The notes beneath the pieces were generated by a model, which had not been told where the DNA came from, did no database searches, and saw only the letters and a program-made list of their open reading frames with translations. 64,000 bases of DNA from Clostridia bacterium (GTDB lineage: Bacteria; Bacillota; Clostridia; Monoglobales; Firm-18): contig JAZQIO010000006.1 in assembly GCA_045541135.1 (NCBI GenBank), forward strand, positions 11,512 through 75,511, in the 5' to 3' direction. This document shows positions 36,788-47,760 of this stretch, piece by piece. The first letter of the stretch is position 1. The number at the start of each line of letters is the position of its first letter. The position numbers and the translations under genes were made by a program.

Positions 36788-37109
36788 TTTCAGCCACCTC
36801 CGTCAAATTTTTGTACTTTTCTTTTAAGGACTTTGCAAATCCCTCATCAGTTATTGCAACGGCCACACAGTTACTTACTCCTATAGCCTTTCCGTTATCA
36901 TCACAATTACCGTAGAAAAAGTAATCTGTTTCATAAGACATACATTTGTCCGTTATGCGTTTTTTGGTTCCTTCAGAAGCATCATTTGATATAATAACAA
37001 GATATGCTTCAAATCCTCTTATTTTGGCAATTACCGCTTCAGTTCCGCTAATTGCCTTGCCTGCACGCTTTGCAAGTCCGAGCATTCCGTATATTTTACT
37101 GTTTATCAA
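36774..37109 (-). CDS. ylxQ: L7Ae-family RNA-binding protein (YlxQ-like)
   Basis: GLAKRAGK...G block, and the conserved position between ylxR and infB. Confidence 0.7.
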   Translation of the reverse strand: MINSKIYGMLGLAKRAGKAISGTEAVIAKIRGFEAYLVIISNDASEGTKKRITDKCMSYETDYFFYGNCDDNGKAIGVSNCVAVAITDEGFAKSLKEKYKNLTEVAENGSC

Positions 37110-37386
37110 TATTTATGCACTCCTCATATATTCTGACAGGAACATAAGTTTTAAGTCCTCTTTCCAAGCCTCTTGATTTTTGTGCTTTTTCAATGCATGC
37201 TACACTTTTGCATATATAAGACCCTCTACCAGGTTTGTTACCCTTAATATCGACATCAACAATCCCATCTTTTAGGGTAACCCTGATCATATCTGACATA
37301 GGTTTTATTTCTCTGCACGCAACACACATTCTCTGAGGAATATATTTGCCGTCTACATATATTTTTTTATGCTTCATCCTCTTCAT
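37096..37386 (-). CDS. ylxR: YlxR/RnpM-family protein (DUF448)
   Basis: RMCVACRE...GRGSYIC motif. Overlaps the nusA 3' end; the true start may lie further in. Confidence 0.75.
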   Translation of the reverse strand: MKRMKHKKIYVDGKYIPQRMCVACREIKPMSDMIRVTLKDGIVDVDIKGNKPGRGSYICKSVACIEKAQKSRGLERGLKTYVPVRIYEECINIDKQ

Positions 37387-38413
37387 CGCCTTCAGCTTTA
37401 ATAATATCTATCTTCCAACCTGTAAGTTTAGCGGCAAGTCTTACATTCTGACCTTCCTTACCGATTGCAAGTGAAAGCTGGCTTGGTGAAACTGTAATTG
37501 TGCAGATTTTTTCTTCCTCGTTTACTTCATAACTCAAAACTTTTGTAGGAGCTAAAGCTGCTGATACAAATTCACCCGGATTTTCACTGTATTTGATAAT
37601 ATCAATTTTTTCACCCATAAGTTCATCGACAATTGCCTGAACTCTGGCACCCTTAGGACCTACACAAGCACCGATAGGATCAACATTAGGATCACTTGCC
37701 CAAACGGCAATTTTAGATCTTGAACCCGCTTCTCTGGACACGCCCTTTATTTCAACAATACCGCTTGCAATTTCAGGAACTTCAAGTTCAAAAAGTTTTT
37801 TTACCAAACCGCTGTGAGTTCTTGAAATAACAACCTGAGGTCCTTTTGTTGCACGCTGTACATCCACAACGAAAAGTTTAAGTCTCTGTCCGGGTGTGTA
37901 ATCCTCTGTTTCAACCTGTTCCTGAGCCATAAGCATCGCATCGGAATTACCTACGCGAAGCATAACGCTCTTTTTCTCAACTCTTTGAACAATACCTGTT
38001 ACAACGTCATTAACCTTATCGGCAAACTGATTGTAGAACATGCCTCTTTCAGCTTCTCTGATTCGCTGTGTTACAACCTGTCTTGCAGTCTGTGCGGCAA
38101 TACGGCCGAATGTACGCGGTGCTGTAGGAAATTCCACAACATCTCCAACCTGATATTTAGGGTCAATTTTTGTTGCTTCATCAAGTGAAATCTGAACATC
38201 AGCATCCTCAACTTCTTCAACAACTGTCTTTTTAAGAAAAACGCTCATACCTCCGCTTGTTCTGTTGATTTCAACACGAACATCCTGATTAGCACCGTAG
38301 TTTCTCTTATATGCAGAAACCAAAGCAGTTTCAAGTGCATCAATAAGAATGTCGCGGCTTATGCCTTTTTCTTTTTCAAATTCTTCCAATAAAGTAATAA
38401 AATCTTCACTCAT
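37367..38413 (-). CDS. nusA: Transcription termination/antitermination factor NusA
   Basis: 348 aa with N-terminal domain, S1 and two KH domains (GACVGPKGARVQ). Confidence 0.95.
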   Translation of the reverse strand: MSEDFITLLEEFEKEKGISRDILIDALETALVSAYKRNYGANQDVRVEINRTSGGMSVFLKKTVVEEVEDADVQISLDEATKIDPKYQVGDVVEFPTAPRTFGRIAAQTARQVVTQRIREAERGMFYNQFADKVNDVVTGIVQRVEKKSVMLRVGNSDAMLMAQEQVETEDYTPGQRLKLFVVDVQRATKGPQVVISRTHSGLVKKLFELEVPEIASGIVEIKGVSREAGSRSKIAVWASDPNVDPIGACVGPKGARVQAIVDELMGEKIDIIKYSENPGEFVSAALAPTKVLSYEVNEEEKICTITVSPSQLSLAIGKEGQNVRLAAKLTGWKIDIIKAEGDEEDEA

Positions 38414-38436
38414 TTTTTCTAAAATCCTCCTATTTA

Positions 38437-38898
38437 TTAAAACTCAAACATTATATTAGCTTTTGCAATATTTTTCTTTTCAATTTCTATCTGAGAAATG
38501 CCGGTGCTGATAATTATTTTTCCGCCTTCGGCACAAACAAGCTCTCCTTCCGCTTCTTTCATACCTTCAACTTCTCTGTAAAGTTTTACCTTTACTTTTT
38601 CTCCGACAGCATTTTCAAAATGTTCATCCTGACGAAGGACTCTTTCGATACCGGGTGAAGACACCTCCAAAAAATAGTTAGTGGAAATACAGTCCTTTTC
38701 ATCAAGAAGTGTACTAAGTGCACGACTAATTGTTTCACAATCATCAATGTCAACCCCGCTGTCGCGTGAAACAAATAGTCTTAAAAACCAATGCGGTCCT
38801 TCTTTTACATATTCTACATCGTAAATCTCATACCCTTCACCTTCAACAACAGGCAAAGCAATGTCATAGGTGAGTTTTTCAATTTTAGATAAAACCAA
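38437..38898 (-). CDS. rimP: Ribosome maturation factor RimP
   Basis: LEVSSPGIERVL motif; TTG start with GGGAGG SD. Confidence 0.85.
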   Translation of the reverse strand: MVLSKIEKLTYDIALPVVEGEGYEIYDVEYVKEGPHWFLRLFVSRDSGVDIDDCETISRALSTLLDEKDCISTNYFLEVSSPGIERVLRQDEHFENAVGEKVKVKLYREVEGMKEAEGELVCAEGGKIIISTGISQIEIEKKNIAKANIMFEF

Positions 38899-38930
38899 TA
38901 CTTAAACCTCCCTTCAAAGAGTCTTAACAA

Positions 38931-38958
38931 TAAACAAAGAGTGGGAAAACCCACTCCT
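38931..38958 (-). promoter_or_regulatory. Terminator-like hairpin in the rimP-nusA-infB leader (candidate attenuator)
   Basis: Minus strand: GGAGTGGG tttt CCCACTCT followed by the interrupted T-tract TTGTTTATTG. Lies between the candidate promoter and the rimP SD. Confidence 0.4.
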
Positions 38959-38988
38959 TGTCAACCAACTATTTACCTTACTTGGTAC

Positions 38989-39017
38989 ATTTTAACACAC
39001 TTTTTAAATAAAATCAA
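38989..39017 (-). promoter_or_regulatory. Candidate sigma-A promoter of the rimP-nusA-infB operon
   Basis: Minus strand: TTGATT, 17 nt (ending in TGT), TAAAAT, i.e. an extended -10. Confidence 0.5.
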
Positions 39018-39066
39018 GTGTTTTCTTATTATTTAATATATAATGTTGTTTTTTTATTTAATTTCA

Positions 39067-39095
39067 TTGACTAATTTGTATATTTATAGTAAAAT
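39067..39095 (+). promoter_or_regulatory. Candidate sigma-A promoter of the HAD-ltaS-valS-folC operon
   Basis: TTGACT, 17 nt, TAAAAT. Confidence 0.5.
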
Positions 39096-39133
39096 ATTAT
39101 GATGTAGAATTGCAAATTCAAGGAGGTATACAC

Positions 39134-39790
39134 ATGAATACATTTATATTTGATTTTGACGGAACTCTGGTAAACTCATTACCCTCCATCACTTATTTTG
39201 CAAACAATGCTTTAAACAAATACGGGCTCCCTTCTATTCCGAAAGAAAGATACAAAATGCTTGTAGGAAACGGAGCTGTTAACCTTACAAAGAGAATGCT
39301 TAATGAGGTAGGAGCTGATCCTTCTATGTTCGATGATGTATATCGTGAATATTACGATACATACGACCAAAACTTCTCATATCTTACAGAACCGTATGAC
39401 GGCATAATTGATATGCTTAAGGAGCTAAAAAAAGCAGGATGCAAAACTGCAATAGTTTCCAATAAGCCGGATGTTACAACAAAGAAAATCTGCAATGAGC
39501 TTTTCGGTGATCTAATAGACATATGCAGAGGACAAGTTGAAGGTTGTCCGATAAAACCTGATCCAACAGCTGTTTTGGAAGTAATTGAACAGTTGGGAGC
39601 AGAAAAAGATAATTGTGTATACTTCGGTGATACAATAACAGATATGGAAACCGGAAAAAATGCCGGGCTATACACCGTAGGTGTTCTTTGGGGATTTCGT
39701 GATGTTGACGAATTAAAACGCGGAAATCCTCAGAAAATTGTATCTCACCCGTCGGAAATTACGGAATTTTTCAAGGAGAAAGCACAATGA
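39134..39790 (+). CDS. HAD-superfamily hydrolase (phosphoglycolate phosphatase-like)
   Basis: FIFDFDGTLVNS motif I, SNK motif, GDTITDM motif. AAGGAGGT SD before ATG 39134. Confidence 0.75.
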   Translation: MNTFIFDFDGTLVNSLPSITYFANNALNKYGLPSIPKERYKMLVGNGAVNLTKRMLNEVGADPSMFDDVYREYYDTYDQNFSYLTEPYDGIIDMLKELKKAGCKTAIVSNKPDVTTKKICNELFGDLIDICRGQVEGCPIKPDPTAVLEVIEQLGAEKDNCVYFGDTITDMETGKNAGLYTVGVLWGFRDVDELKRGNPQKIVSHPSEITEFFKEKAQ

Positions 39791-41730
39791 AAAGTATCAA
39801 GAATTTTTTTGAAAAAATTGTGTGTAATACAAAATCGCTTGTATCAAAATTCAGGAAGAAAACCTCACCCTTAACATCATTTTTATACAAACACCTTGAT
39901 GATGACGGGATGGGAAGTGTCCGACATTCGCTTAAAGTACTTTTAGTATTTTCGGCTGTTATGACATTATTTCAGTTTATTGTTCAAAGTCTGAATCTTC
40001 TTCAGTTTGGCGGTACCATATTTTTGAATTTTCTCCCGATTTTTCTTGCGTGCTGTTTTTTATACTTCACTATCGGGAAAATCTCGTGGGTGTTCTCAAT
40101 ATGTGTTACTTTTTTATCGGTATTACTTACAATTAACCATTACAAAATCCGTTTCAGAGACGAACCTCTTACTTCTACGGATTTTACGCTCGGAAAAGAG
40201 GCAGGCAACATTGTACAGGGTTATGACCTGACACCGGATATAACAGTTTTCTTCATAGTTCTGATATTTGTCATAACCATTATGCTGTCAATATTCAAAA
40301 CCAGAAATAAACGTCCGGGTCTTAAAGTTTCAATTATAGGTACATTGCTTACCGTTGCCGTGGCATACCTGCTTTATTCAAGTGTATATACAAATACAGG
40401 AATATACGAATCCTTTTATTCCAATGTTGGCATATACAGAAAAACCGAAATAGTTGAAGCAAAAGGACTTGTCTATTCATTGCTTAATGATATAAACGAG
40501 ATGAAATATGAAGCACCTGAAGGATATTCAGAAAAAAAAGCACTCGATATTATTAACAGATATCCTGAACCTAAGATGCCTGAAGATGCTCCTAATGTTA
40601 TTGCAGTAATGTGTGAAGCATACACCGATGTACAGACTTGGGAGAATGTCAGTTTCACAAACGAAAACCCTTACGAATATTTCAATTACTTAAAAACCAA
40701 AGGTTGTTACGGAAAAATATTTGTGCCGGGCTTTGGCGGTGCAACCGCAGTAACTGAATTTGAATTTCTTACAGGGGATAACACCTCTGCAATAAGTTCA
40801 TCACTTCCCACTGCATACAATACGATTATAACAAACAACGTTTTTTCAATTGCAAGAATTTTTAAGGATATGGGATACCATGCAAGTGCAATACATCCGG
40901 GTGAGCCATGGTTTTACAACAGGCAAAACGTATACCCAAGAATGGGATTTGACACCTTTGCCTCATTGACTGACTTGACAGGTGAAGTTGAAAAAGTAAG
41001 TGGAACCTATGCAAAAGATTACATAACTGCCGATATGATTATTAATGATTATAACAATCATCTTCAAAATAATCCTGAAAAAGGCTACTTTAATTTTACC
41101 GTTACAATACAAAATCACGGTCCGTATCCGGAAAACACATTATACTACGGTACAGAATACATACCGAAAGAAGCTGCCGATCTTACCGACAGTGAATATT
41201 ACATCATAAACAATTATCTTGGAGGAATAAAAGATTCCGATAAGTTTATGAAAACAATGTACGAATATATAAATACAATAGACAAACCTACAGTGTTTAT
41301 CATTTTCGGTGACCATCTTCCGTACCTTGATACAGAAGAAAATATATATGCAAAGCTTGGTCTCGAAATCAAAGACAATTCATATATGTCATATATAAAC
41401 AGACACAGTACCGATTATCTCATAATAGGTAACGATGCTTATTTAAATAACTACACACCGGCAATAAACGGTAATCAGGAAACTTTGATTTCTTCTGACT
41501 ATCTTTCATTAAAGCTCTTCGACTATATGAATATGCCAAAGCATCCATTCTTTGCATTCAAGGAAGAAATGTTAAGCTATGCTCCTGTACTCAGCGTATC
41601 TCATAATGGTTCATCTGCCGGATTCGATGAACAGTTACCTTCGGAATTTGATAGTTTATATAAAGAATTGAAAATATTACAATACTACTACCTGAGAGAT
41701 TACAAAAATACGTTAATCTCAGCAAAATAA
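39787..41730 (+). CDS. LTA synthase-family protein (N-terminal TM bundle + sulfatase domain)
   Basis: 647 aa with about 5 N-terminal TM helices and an extracellular sulfatase-like domain (TEFEFLTG, FGDHLP). Confidence 0.7.
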   Translation: MKSIKNFFEKIVCNTKSLVSKFRKKTSPLTSFLYKHLDDDGMGSVRHSLKVLLVFSAVMTLFQFIVQSLNLLQFGGTIFLNFLPIFLACCFLYFTIGKISWVFSICVTFLSVLLTINHYKIRFRDEPLTSTDFTLGKEAGNIVQGYDLTPDITVFFIVLIFVITIMLSIFKTRNKRPGLKVSIIGTLLTVAVAYLLYSSVYTNTGIYESFYSNVGIYRKTEIVEAKGLVYSLLNDINEMKYEAPEGYSEKKALDIINRYPEPKMPEDAPNVIAVMCEAYTDVQTWENVSFTNENPYEYFNYLKTKGCYGKIFVPGFGGATAVTEFEFLTGDNTSAISSSLPTAYNTIITNNVFSIARIFKDMGYHASAIHPGEPWFYNRQNVYPRMGFDTFASLTDLTGEVEKVSGTYAKDYITADMIINDYNNHLQNNPEKGYFNFTVTIQNHGPYPENTLYYGTEYIPKEAADLTDSEYYIINNYLGGIKDSDKFMKTMYEYINTIDKPTVFIIFGDHLPYLDTEENIYAKLGLEIKDNSYMSYINRHSTDYLIIGNDAYLNNYTPAINGNQETLISSDYLSLKLFDYMNMPKHPFFAFKEEMLSYAPVLSVSHNGSSAGFDEQLPSEFDSLYKELKILQYYYLRDYKNTLISAK

Positions 41731-41751
41731 AGTGATTAAAGGAGAAAACCA

Positions 41752-44367
41752 ATGAAAAACTTAGAAACAAAATACGATCCGAAAAAAGTTGAGGACAGAC
41801 TGTATGCCGAATGGGTTGAAAAAGGCTATTTCCACGCAAAACCTAATCCTGACAAAAAGCCTTTTACAATAGTTATACCTCCTCCAAACGTTACAGGAAA
41901 ACTACACATGGGTCACGCCCTTGACGAAACATTACAGGATATTCTTATCCGTTACCACAGAATGAAGGGCGAAGAAGCTTTGTGGCTTCCGGGTACTGAT
42001 CACGCAGGTATTGCTACACAGATTAAAGTTGAAGAAGTTTTGCGTAAGGAAGAAGGCTTAACAAGATACGACCTTGGACGTGAAAAGTTCTTAGAGAGAG
42101 TATGGGAATGGAAGCACCAGTACGGAAGTAACATTATAAACCAGCTTAAAAAATTAGGTAGCTCCTGTGACTGGGACAGAGAACGCTTTACAATGGACGA
42201 AAAATGTTCAAAAGCGGTACGTGAAGTATTCGTTAACCTTTACAACAAAGGTCTTATCTATCAGGGAAACCGTATTATAAACTGGTGTCCGCATTGTACT
42301 ACTGCTCTTTCCGATGCTGAAGTTGAATATGCTGACCAGCCGGGACATTTCTGGCACATTAAATACCCTGTTGTAGGATCAGAAGGAGAATACGTTATAG
42401 TTGCCACAACACGTCCTGAAACAATGATGGGCGACACAGCTGTTGCAGTTAATCCTGAAGATGAAAGATATGCACATCTTGTTGGCAAAACACTTATGCT
42501 TCCTCTTGTTAACAGAGAAATTCCTGTTATTGCAGACGAATATGTTGACAAGGAATTTGGTACAGGTTGTGTTAAAATCACACCTGCACATGACCCTAAC
42601 GACTTTGAAGTTGGTCTTCGTCACAATCTTGAACAGATTAAGGTTATGAACGATGATGCAACAATAAATGCCAACGGTGGCAAGTACGAAGGTATGGACA
42701 GATACACAGCAAGAAAAGCTGTTGTTGCTGACCTTGAAGCACTTGGACTACTTCACAAAATTGAAGACCATTCTCACAACGTTGGTCAGTGCTACCGTTG
42801 CGGTACAACTGTTGAACCCATGACATCAAAACAGTGGTTTGTTAAAATGGAACCTCTTGCAGAGCCTGCATTGGATGTTGTTAAAAACGGTACTACAAAG
42901 TTTGTTCCCGAAAGATTCACAAAAACATATACAAACTGGATGGAAAATGTACACGACTGGTGTATTTCACGTCAGCTATGGTGGGGTCACAGAATCCCTG
43001 CATTCTACTGTGATGCATGCGGTGAAACTACTGTTTCCAAAACTGATATTGATGTATGTCCTAAGTGCGGCGGTAAGGTTCATCAGGACAATGACGTGCT
43101 TGATACATGGTTCTCATCAGCACTATGGCCATTTGCTACACTTGGCTGGCCTGACAAGACAGAAGAACTTGATTATTTCTACCCAACAAGTGTGTTGGTA
43201 ACAGGCTATGATATTATCTTCTTCTGGGTTGCAAGAATGATATTCAGCGGTGTTGAACATATGGGCAAGAGTCCTTTTGATACCGTTCTTATTCACGGTA
43301 TTGTACGTGACAGCCAGGGCAGAAAGATGAGTAAGTCATTGGGTAACGGTATTGACCCACTTGAAGTTATAGACAAATACGGTGCAGATGCGCTAAGATT
43401 TACTCTTGCTACAGGTAACTCTCCGGGTAATGATATGAGATTCTATGACGAAAGAGTAGAAGCAAGCAGAAACTTCGCAAACAAAATCTGGAATGCTTCT
43501 CGTTTTGTGCTTATGAATGCTGACGAAAATGCAAGTGATGTATTGCCTGCAAACCTTGAGCTTGAAGATAAGTGGATTTTATCAAAGCTTAACAAGTTGA
43601 TTGAAAGAGTTACAGACAACCTTGACAAATACGAGCTTGGTATTGCAGTACAGAACCTTTATGACTTTATATGGGATGAATTCTGCGACTGGTACATTGA
43701 GCTTGTAAAGCCAAGACTTGGCACAGACAAAAACCCACAGAATGTTCTTATTTATGTACTCTCAAACATTCTTAAGCTTTTACATCCGTTTATGCCGTTT
43801 ATTACAGAAGAAATATATAGCTATTTGCCTGTAACAGACAAAAAGAGCATTATGATTTCTGACTGGAGCGTTGCCAAAGACGAGCTTAACTTCTCTATTG
43901 AAGAAGAAAAGCTTGAAACAATCAAGGAAGCAATCAAGGGCGTAAGAAACATGCGCTCTGAAATGGATGTTCCTCCTTCAAAGAAGGCTAAGCTTGTAAT
44001 TGTAACAGATGATGTTGATTTATTCAAGCTTGGTGAAGCTTTCTACTTAAAGCTTGCAGGTGCAAGTGAAGTTGTTGTTTCAAATGACAAATCTGAAGTT
44101 CCTGAAAATGCGATTTCAGTAGTTGTTAACAAGGCTGAAATCTTTATGCCTCAGGATGATTTGGTAGACAAAGCAAAGGAAATTGAAAGACTTAATGCAG
44201 AAAAGAAACGTCTTGAAGCAGAAATCAAGCGTGTGGAAGCCAAGCTTTCAAATGAATCCTTCGTTGCAAAGGCACCTCAGGCAGTAGTTGATAAAGAAAA
44301 AGAAAAGGGCGAAATGTACCGCGAAATGTTAAACAAGGTACTGGAAGGACTTGAAAAACTTAAATGA
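41752..44367 (+). CDS. valS: Valine--tRNA ligase
   Basis: 871 aa; [14 protein letters not shown] (HIGH) and KMSKS motifs; C-terminal coiled coil. Confidence 0.95.
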   Translation: MKNLETKYDPKKVEDRLYAEWVEKGYFHAKPNPDKKPFTIVIPPPNVTGKLHMGHALDETLQDILIRYHRMKGEEALWLPGTDHAGIATQIKVEEVLRKEEGLTRYDLGREKFLERVWEWKHQYGSNIINQLKKLGSSCDWDRERFTMDEKCSKAVREVFVNLYNKGLIYQGNRIINWCPHCTTALSDAEVEYADQPGHFWHIKYPVVGSEGEYVIVATTRPETMMGDTAVAVNPEDERYAHLVGKTLMLPLVNREIPVIADEYVDKEFGTGCVKITPAHDPNDFEVGLRHNLEQIKVMNDDATINANGGKYEGMDRYTARKAVVADLEALGLLHKIEDHSHNVGQCYRCGTTVEPMTSKQWFVKMEPLAEPALDVVKNGTTKFVPERFTKTYTNWMENVHDWCISRQLWWGHRIPAFYCDACGETTVSKTDIDVCPKCGGKVHQDNDVLDTWFSSALWPFATLGWPDKTEELDYFYPTSVLVTGYDIIFFWVARMIFSGVEHMGKSPFDTVLIHGIVRDSQGRKMSKSLGNGIDPLEVIDKYGADALRFTLATGNSPGNDMRFYDERVEASRNFANKIWNASRFVLMNADENASDVLPANLELEDKWILSKLNKLIERVTDNLDKYELGIAVQNLYDFIWDEFCDWYIELVKPRLGTDKNPQNVLIYVLSNILKLLHPFMPFITEEIYSYLPVTDKKSIMISDWSVAKDELNFSIEEEKLETIKEAIKGVRNMRSEMDVPPSKKAKLVIVTDDVDLFKLGEAFYLKLAGASEVVVSNDKSEVPENAISVVVNKAEIFMPQDDLVDKAKEIERLNAEKKRLEAEIKRVEAKLSNESFVAKAPQAVVDKEKEKGEMYREMLNKVLEGLEKLK

Positions 44368-45602
44368 ACTACGAAGAATCATTAGATTATATTCACAGCA
44401 GAAACAAATTTGGCATCAAGCTTGGCCTTGATGCCACAGCAAATCTGCTTGACAAAATAGGCAATCCTCATAACAAACTAAAGTTTGTGCATATTGCAGG
44501 CACTAACGGAAAGGGCTCAACCACCTCCTACATTCACGATATTTTAATGACAAAGGGATTTAAGGTTGGTAAGTTTATTTCCCCATACGTTCATTCTTTT
44601 ACAGAGCGTATACAAATAAACAACCGTGAAATTTCCGAAGCCGACCTGGCAGAGTGCACAACCATTGTAAAAGATGCTATTGAAAAACACAATCTTACTC
44701 CTACTGAATTTGAAGTTGTAACAGCAATAGGACTTTTATACTTTTACCGTCAGAATTGCGACTACGTTGCCTTGGAAGTTGGTATGGGCGGAAGATTTGA
44801 TGCTACAAATGTTATACCTGCACCATTGGTTTCTGTTATTACAAGCATAAGTATTGACCACACTGAATATTTAGGTAATACAATAGCTGATATTGCTTTT
44901 GAAAAATGCGGTATTATAAAAAACGGTTCTAAAACCGTAGCTTATGCAGATAATCCCGAAGATGCGGACAAGGTGATTATAAAAACCGCTTGTGAGAAAA
45001 ATGTTCCTCTTACAATACCTGATAAAAAGAATATTAAGATTTTAAGTCAGAATATTGATGGAACAGAATTTGAATACAAATGCCAAAAATATCATATAAA
45101 TATGCTTGGAATACACCAGGTGTATAATGCAGTAAATGCAATTGAAGCGGCAAAGCTGCTTGGTATTGAGGAAGAATTTATAAAAAAAGGCCTTGATATT
45201 ACAAAATTTCGAGGAAGGCTGGAAATAGTAAGCAAAGACCCTGTCATAATTGAAGATGGTGCTCATAACTATTCCGGTGTTTTGACATTGTGCGATGCGC
45301 TAAAAACGCATTTCAGTGACAAAAAAATAATAGTAGTAATGGCTATGTTAAAGGACAAGGAATACGAAAAATGCGTAGAAACTCTTGCTCCCGAAGTAGA
45401 TGTATTCATTGCCACACAAGCAAATAATCCACGCAGAGCAACTGCTGAAGAACTTGCAGGTGTAGCATCAAAATACATCAAAAAAGTATATTATAATAAA
45501 GATATAAACGAAGCACTTAATATGGCAAAAAGCATCTGTGATAAAGAAAGTATAATATGTGTATGTGGTTCTTTATATCTTCTTGGAGATGTAAAAGTTT
45601 AA
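44364..45602 (+). CDS. folC: Bifunctional folylpolyglutamate synthase / dihydrofolate synthase
   Basis: [12 protein letters not shown]-loop; Mur-ligase architecture. Confidence 0.85.
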   Translation: MNYEESLDYIHSRNKFGIKLGLDATANLLDKIGNPHNKLKFVHIAGTNGKGSTTSYIHDILMTKGFKVGKFISPYVHSFTERIQINNREISEADLAECTTIVKDAIEKHNLTPTEFEVVTAIGLLYFYRQNCDYVALEVGMGGRFDATNVIPAPLVSVITSISIDHTEYLGNTIADIAFEKCGIIKNGSKTVAYADNPEDADKVIIKTACEKNVPLTIPDKKNIKILSQNIDGTEFEYKCQKYHINMLGIHQVYNAVNAIEAAKLLGIEEEFIKKGLDITKFRGRLEIVSKDPVIIEDGAHNYSGVLTLCDALKTHFSDKKIIVVMAMLKDKEYEKCVETLAPEVDVFIATQANNPRRATAEELAGVASKYIKKVYYNKDINEALNMAKSICDKESIICVCGSLYLLGDVKV

Positions 45603-45620
45603 TATGAAAGGGATACTCAA

Positions 45621-46925
45621 ATGAAAATTAAAAAATTCCTACCTGTAATAACAACAGCTGTGCTTTCAGTGTTGTTGGTTATTTATGCTTTTTTTACTGT
45701 GAATTTTCCCGAAGTCAAAAAACCTCTATCACTTTTTGAAAAGCTCGGTATATACTCATACGGTTCGGACTACGGAATAATTAACAATACTTTTTCATCA
45801 AACGGAACCCATGAGGCTTTTGTCAGCACATTAAAAACAACAGCCGACAATTTTGTTTTCAGCGGCGTTTTACCGTTTGTAATACTTGCTGTTTTATTCA
45901 TTACAGCAATTGTTATTATATCAGCAGTTTCAATGAAAACAGAATACAAATGGACTGCTTATTTATGTGCAGTTTTGTTACCGATTATGTTTTGCGATTT
46001 TACTAATCTTGCATTTTTCAAAACACTGTTCATTAATCCGTTGATAATTGTTCTTCTGCTTTTGATTTGTGCAGTATTTTTAGTATTTTACTACAGGAAA
46101 TCCGTTGGCATACCGGGAATTATAACAATATTCATTGTAACTTTGTTGTACTGTTGCCTTGGTGTTGTACAAGCTTTTACCGCAATAATTCTTGGTTTAC
46201 TTATTACAAGACTTTATAAGTTATGCCGTAATAAACTTTCAAAAATTATTGCAATTGTTTTGGGCGTTATTGTTATTTTGCAAAGCTTCTTTGTTATATT
46301 TACTTATAAACCCGTTGACTATAAACAAAATATATACAATGCGGTATTTTTTGGTGTAGCAAAATACGACAGTGTTGCAAAGCTGGGTCTTGACCCTAAG
46401 CTTGATGACTTCAAAGAAGTATATTACGGTATGAAGGAAAATGTTGATGAATACGACCTTGAAAACACTTTTTATAACAAAATATCATATACAGATATTG
46501 CAAAGTATTATATTACTCATCCTGTAAATGCTTGTAAAGTCATAAATTATCAGGCATCACTTTCATCGATGCATGAATTCGATTTTGGATTTTCGCCTTA
46601 CAACTTTTTAAAAACAAGAATACCGATGAATCTTCTTATAGTGCTGGTAATTACCGTTGTATACATTCTTATTACAAACATATTAGGGAAAAAATACAGT
46701 AATTTAAAAGCAGTCGGAGAATTTTTTGCAGGCACATCTGTTATGTGGTTAATATCACTTATTATAGGTTCACTTTATTACGGAAACTGTGACATGGCAA
46801 TGAATATGATAAATTTCAACATCCTATATGACATTGTTTTATTATCTGCACTTATTGCAGGAATAAGGGTAATAATGCACAGACAAGATGAAAAGAAAGA
46901 AGAATTCGGTATCACACACGAGTAA
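45621..46925 (+). CDS. Polytopic membrane protein of unknown function
   Basis: 434-aa ORF with about 9-10 hydrophobic segments. GGGATAC weak SD. No family recognised. Confidence 0.5.
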   Translation: MKIKKFLPVITTAVLSVLLVIYAFFTVNFPEVKKPLSLFEKLGIYSYGSDYGIINNTFSSNGTHEAFVSTLKTTADNFVFSGVLPFVILAVLFITAIVIISAVSMKTEYKWTAYLCAVLLPIMFCDFTNLAFFKTLFINPLIIVLLLLICAVFLVFYYRKSVGIPGIITIFIVTLLYCCLGVVQAFTAIILGLLITRLYKLCRNKLSKIIAIVLGVIVILQSFFVIFTYKPVDYKQNIYNAVFFGVAKYDSVAKLGLDPKLDDFKEVYYGMKENVDEYDLENTFYNKISYTDIAKYYITHPVNACKVINYQASLSSMHEFDFGFSPYNFLKTRIPMNLLIVLVITVVYILITNILGKKYSNLKAVGEFFAGTSVMWLISLIIGSLYYGNCDMAMNMINFNILYDIVLLSALIAGIRVIMHRQDEKKEEFGITHE

Positions 46926-46935
46926 GGAATAAATT

Positions 46936-47709
46936 ATGAGATTTTTGATAATTGGTGACATTGTTGGTAATCCGGGAGTGGATTACTTACGAAAAAACCT
47001 TAATTCTATTAAAAAAATAAATAAAATTGATTTTGTAATTGCAAACGGCGAAAATTCCACTCCGGTTGGAAAGGGCATAAACAAAGCCATTGCACAAACA
47101 CTTTACAACTGCGGCACAGACGTTATTACTATGGGAAACCACTCTTTTAACAACTATGAGGTAAACAAGCTGTTTGACGAAGATTTTCCGATTATACGTC
47201 CTGCAAATCTTCCACCTGAAACTGCGGGTGAAGGTTATATAATAACAGACTTATTCGGCATAAAAATTGCAATAATTAATCTGCTTGGCAGAGTATATAT
47301 GGAATGTGTAGACTGTCCCTTCAGAAAAGCAGACAGCATAATAGACAAAATCAAGGATGATGCTGATATTATTATCGTTGACTTCCATGCAGAAGCAACA
47401 AGCGAAAAGCTTGCAATGGGTTTTTATCTTGACGGCAAAGTTTCGGCTGTATTCGGTACTCATACACACGTACAGACTTCAGACGAAAAAATATTAAAAG
47501 GCGGAACAGCTTATATTTCTGACGTAGGTATGACCGGTTGCCACGACAGTATTCTGGGCGTTAAAAAAGATATTATATTAAAAAGATTTTTAACTGCTAT
47601 GCCACAAAAGCATGAAATTGAAGAGGGCACAGCCACCTTAAATGGTGTTATAATAGATATAGACGAATCAACCGGAAAGGCTGTCTCAATAGAAAGAATA
47701 CAGATATAA
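46936..47709 (+). CDS. ymdB: YmdB-family metallophosphoesterase (TIGR00282-like)
   Basis: MRFLIIGDIVGNPG, GNHSF, DFHAEATSEK, GTHTHVQT motifs. Confidence 0.85.
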   Translation: MRFLIIGDIVGNPGVDYLRKNLNSIKKINKIDFVIANGENSTPVGKGINKAIAQTLYNCGTDVITMGNHSFNNYEVNKLFDEDFPIIRPANLPPETAGEGYIITDLFGIKIAIINLLGRVYMECVDCPFRKADSIIDKIKDDADIIIVDFHAEATSEKLAMGFYLDGKVSAVFGTHTHVQTSDEKILKGGTAYISDVGMTGCHDSILGVKKDIILKRFLTAMPQKHEIEEGTATLNGVIIDIDESTGKAVSIERIQI

Positions 47710-47720
47710 AAATGGAATAC

Positions 47721-47760
47721 AAATAAAGAATGGAGCTTTTTAAAGCTCCATTCTTTATTT
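47721..47760. terminator. Bidirectional terminator between convergent genes
   Basis: AAATAAAGAATGGAGCTTT / AAAGCTCCATTCTTTATTT 19-bp palindrome. Confidence 0.6.
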
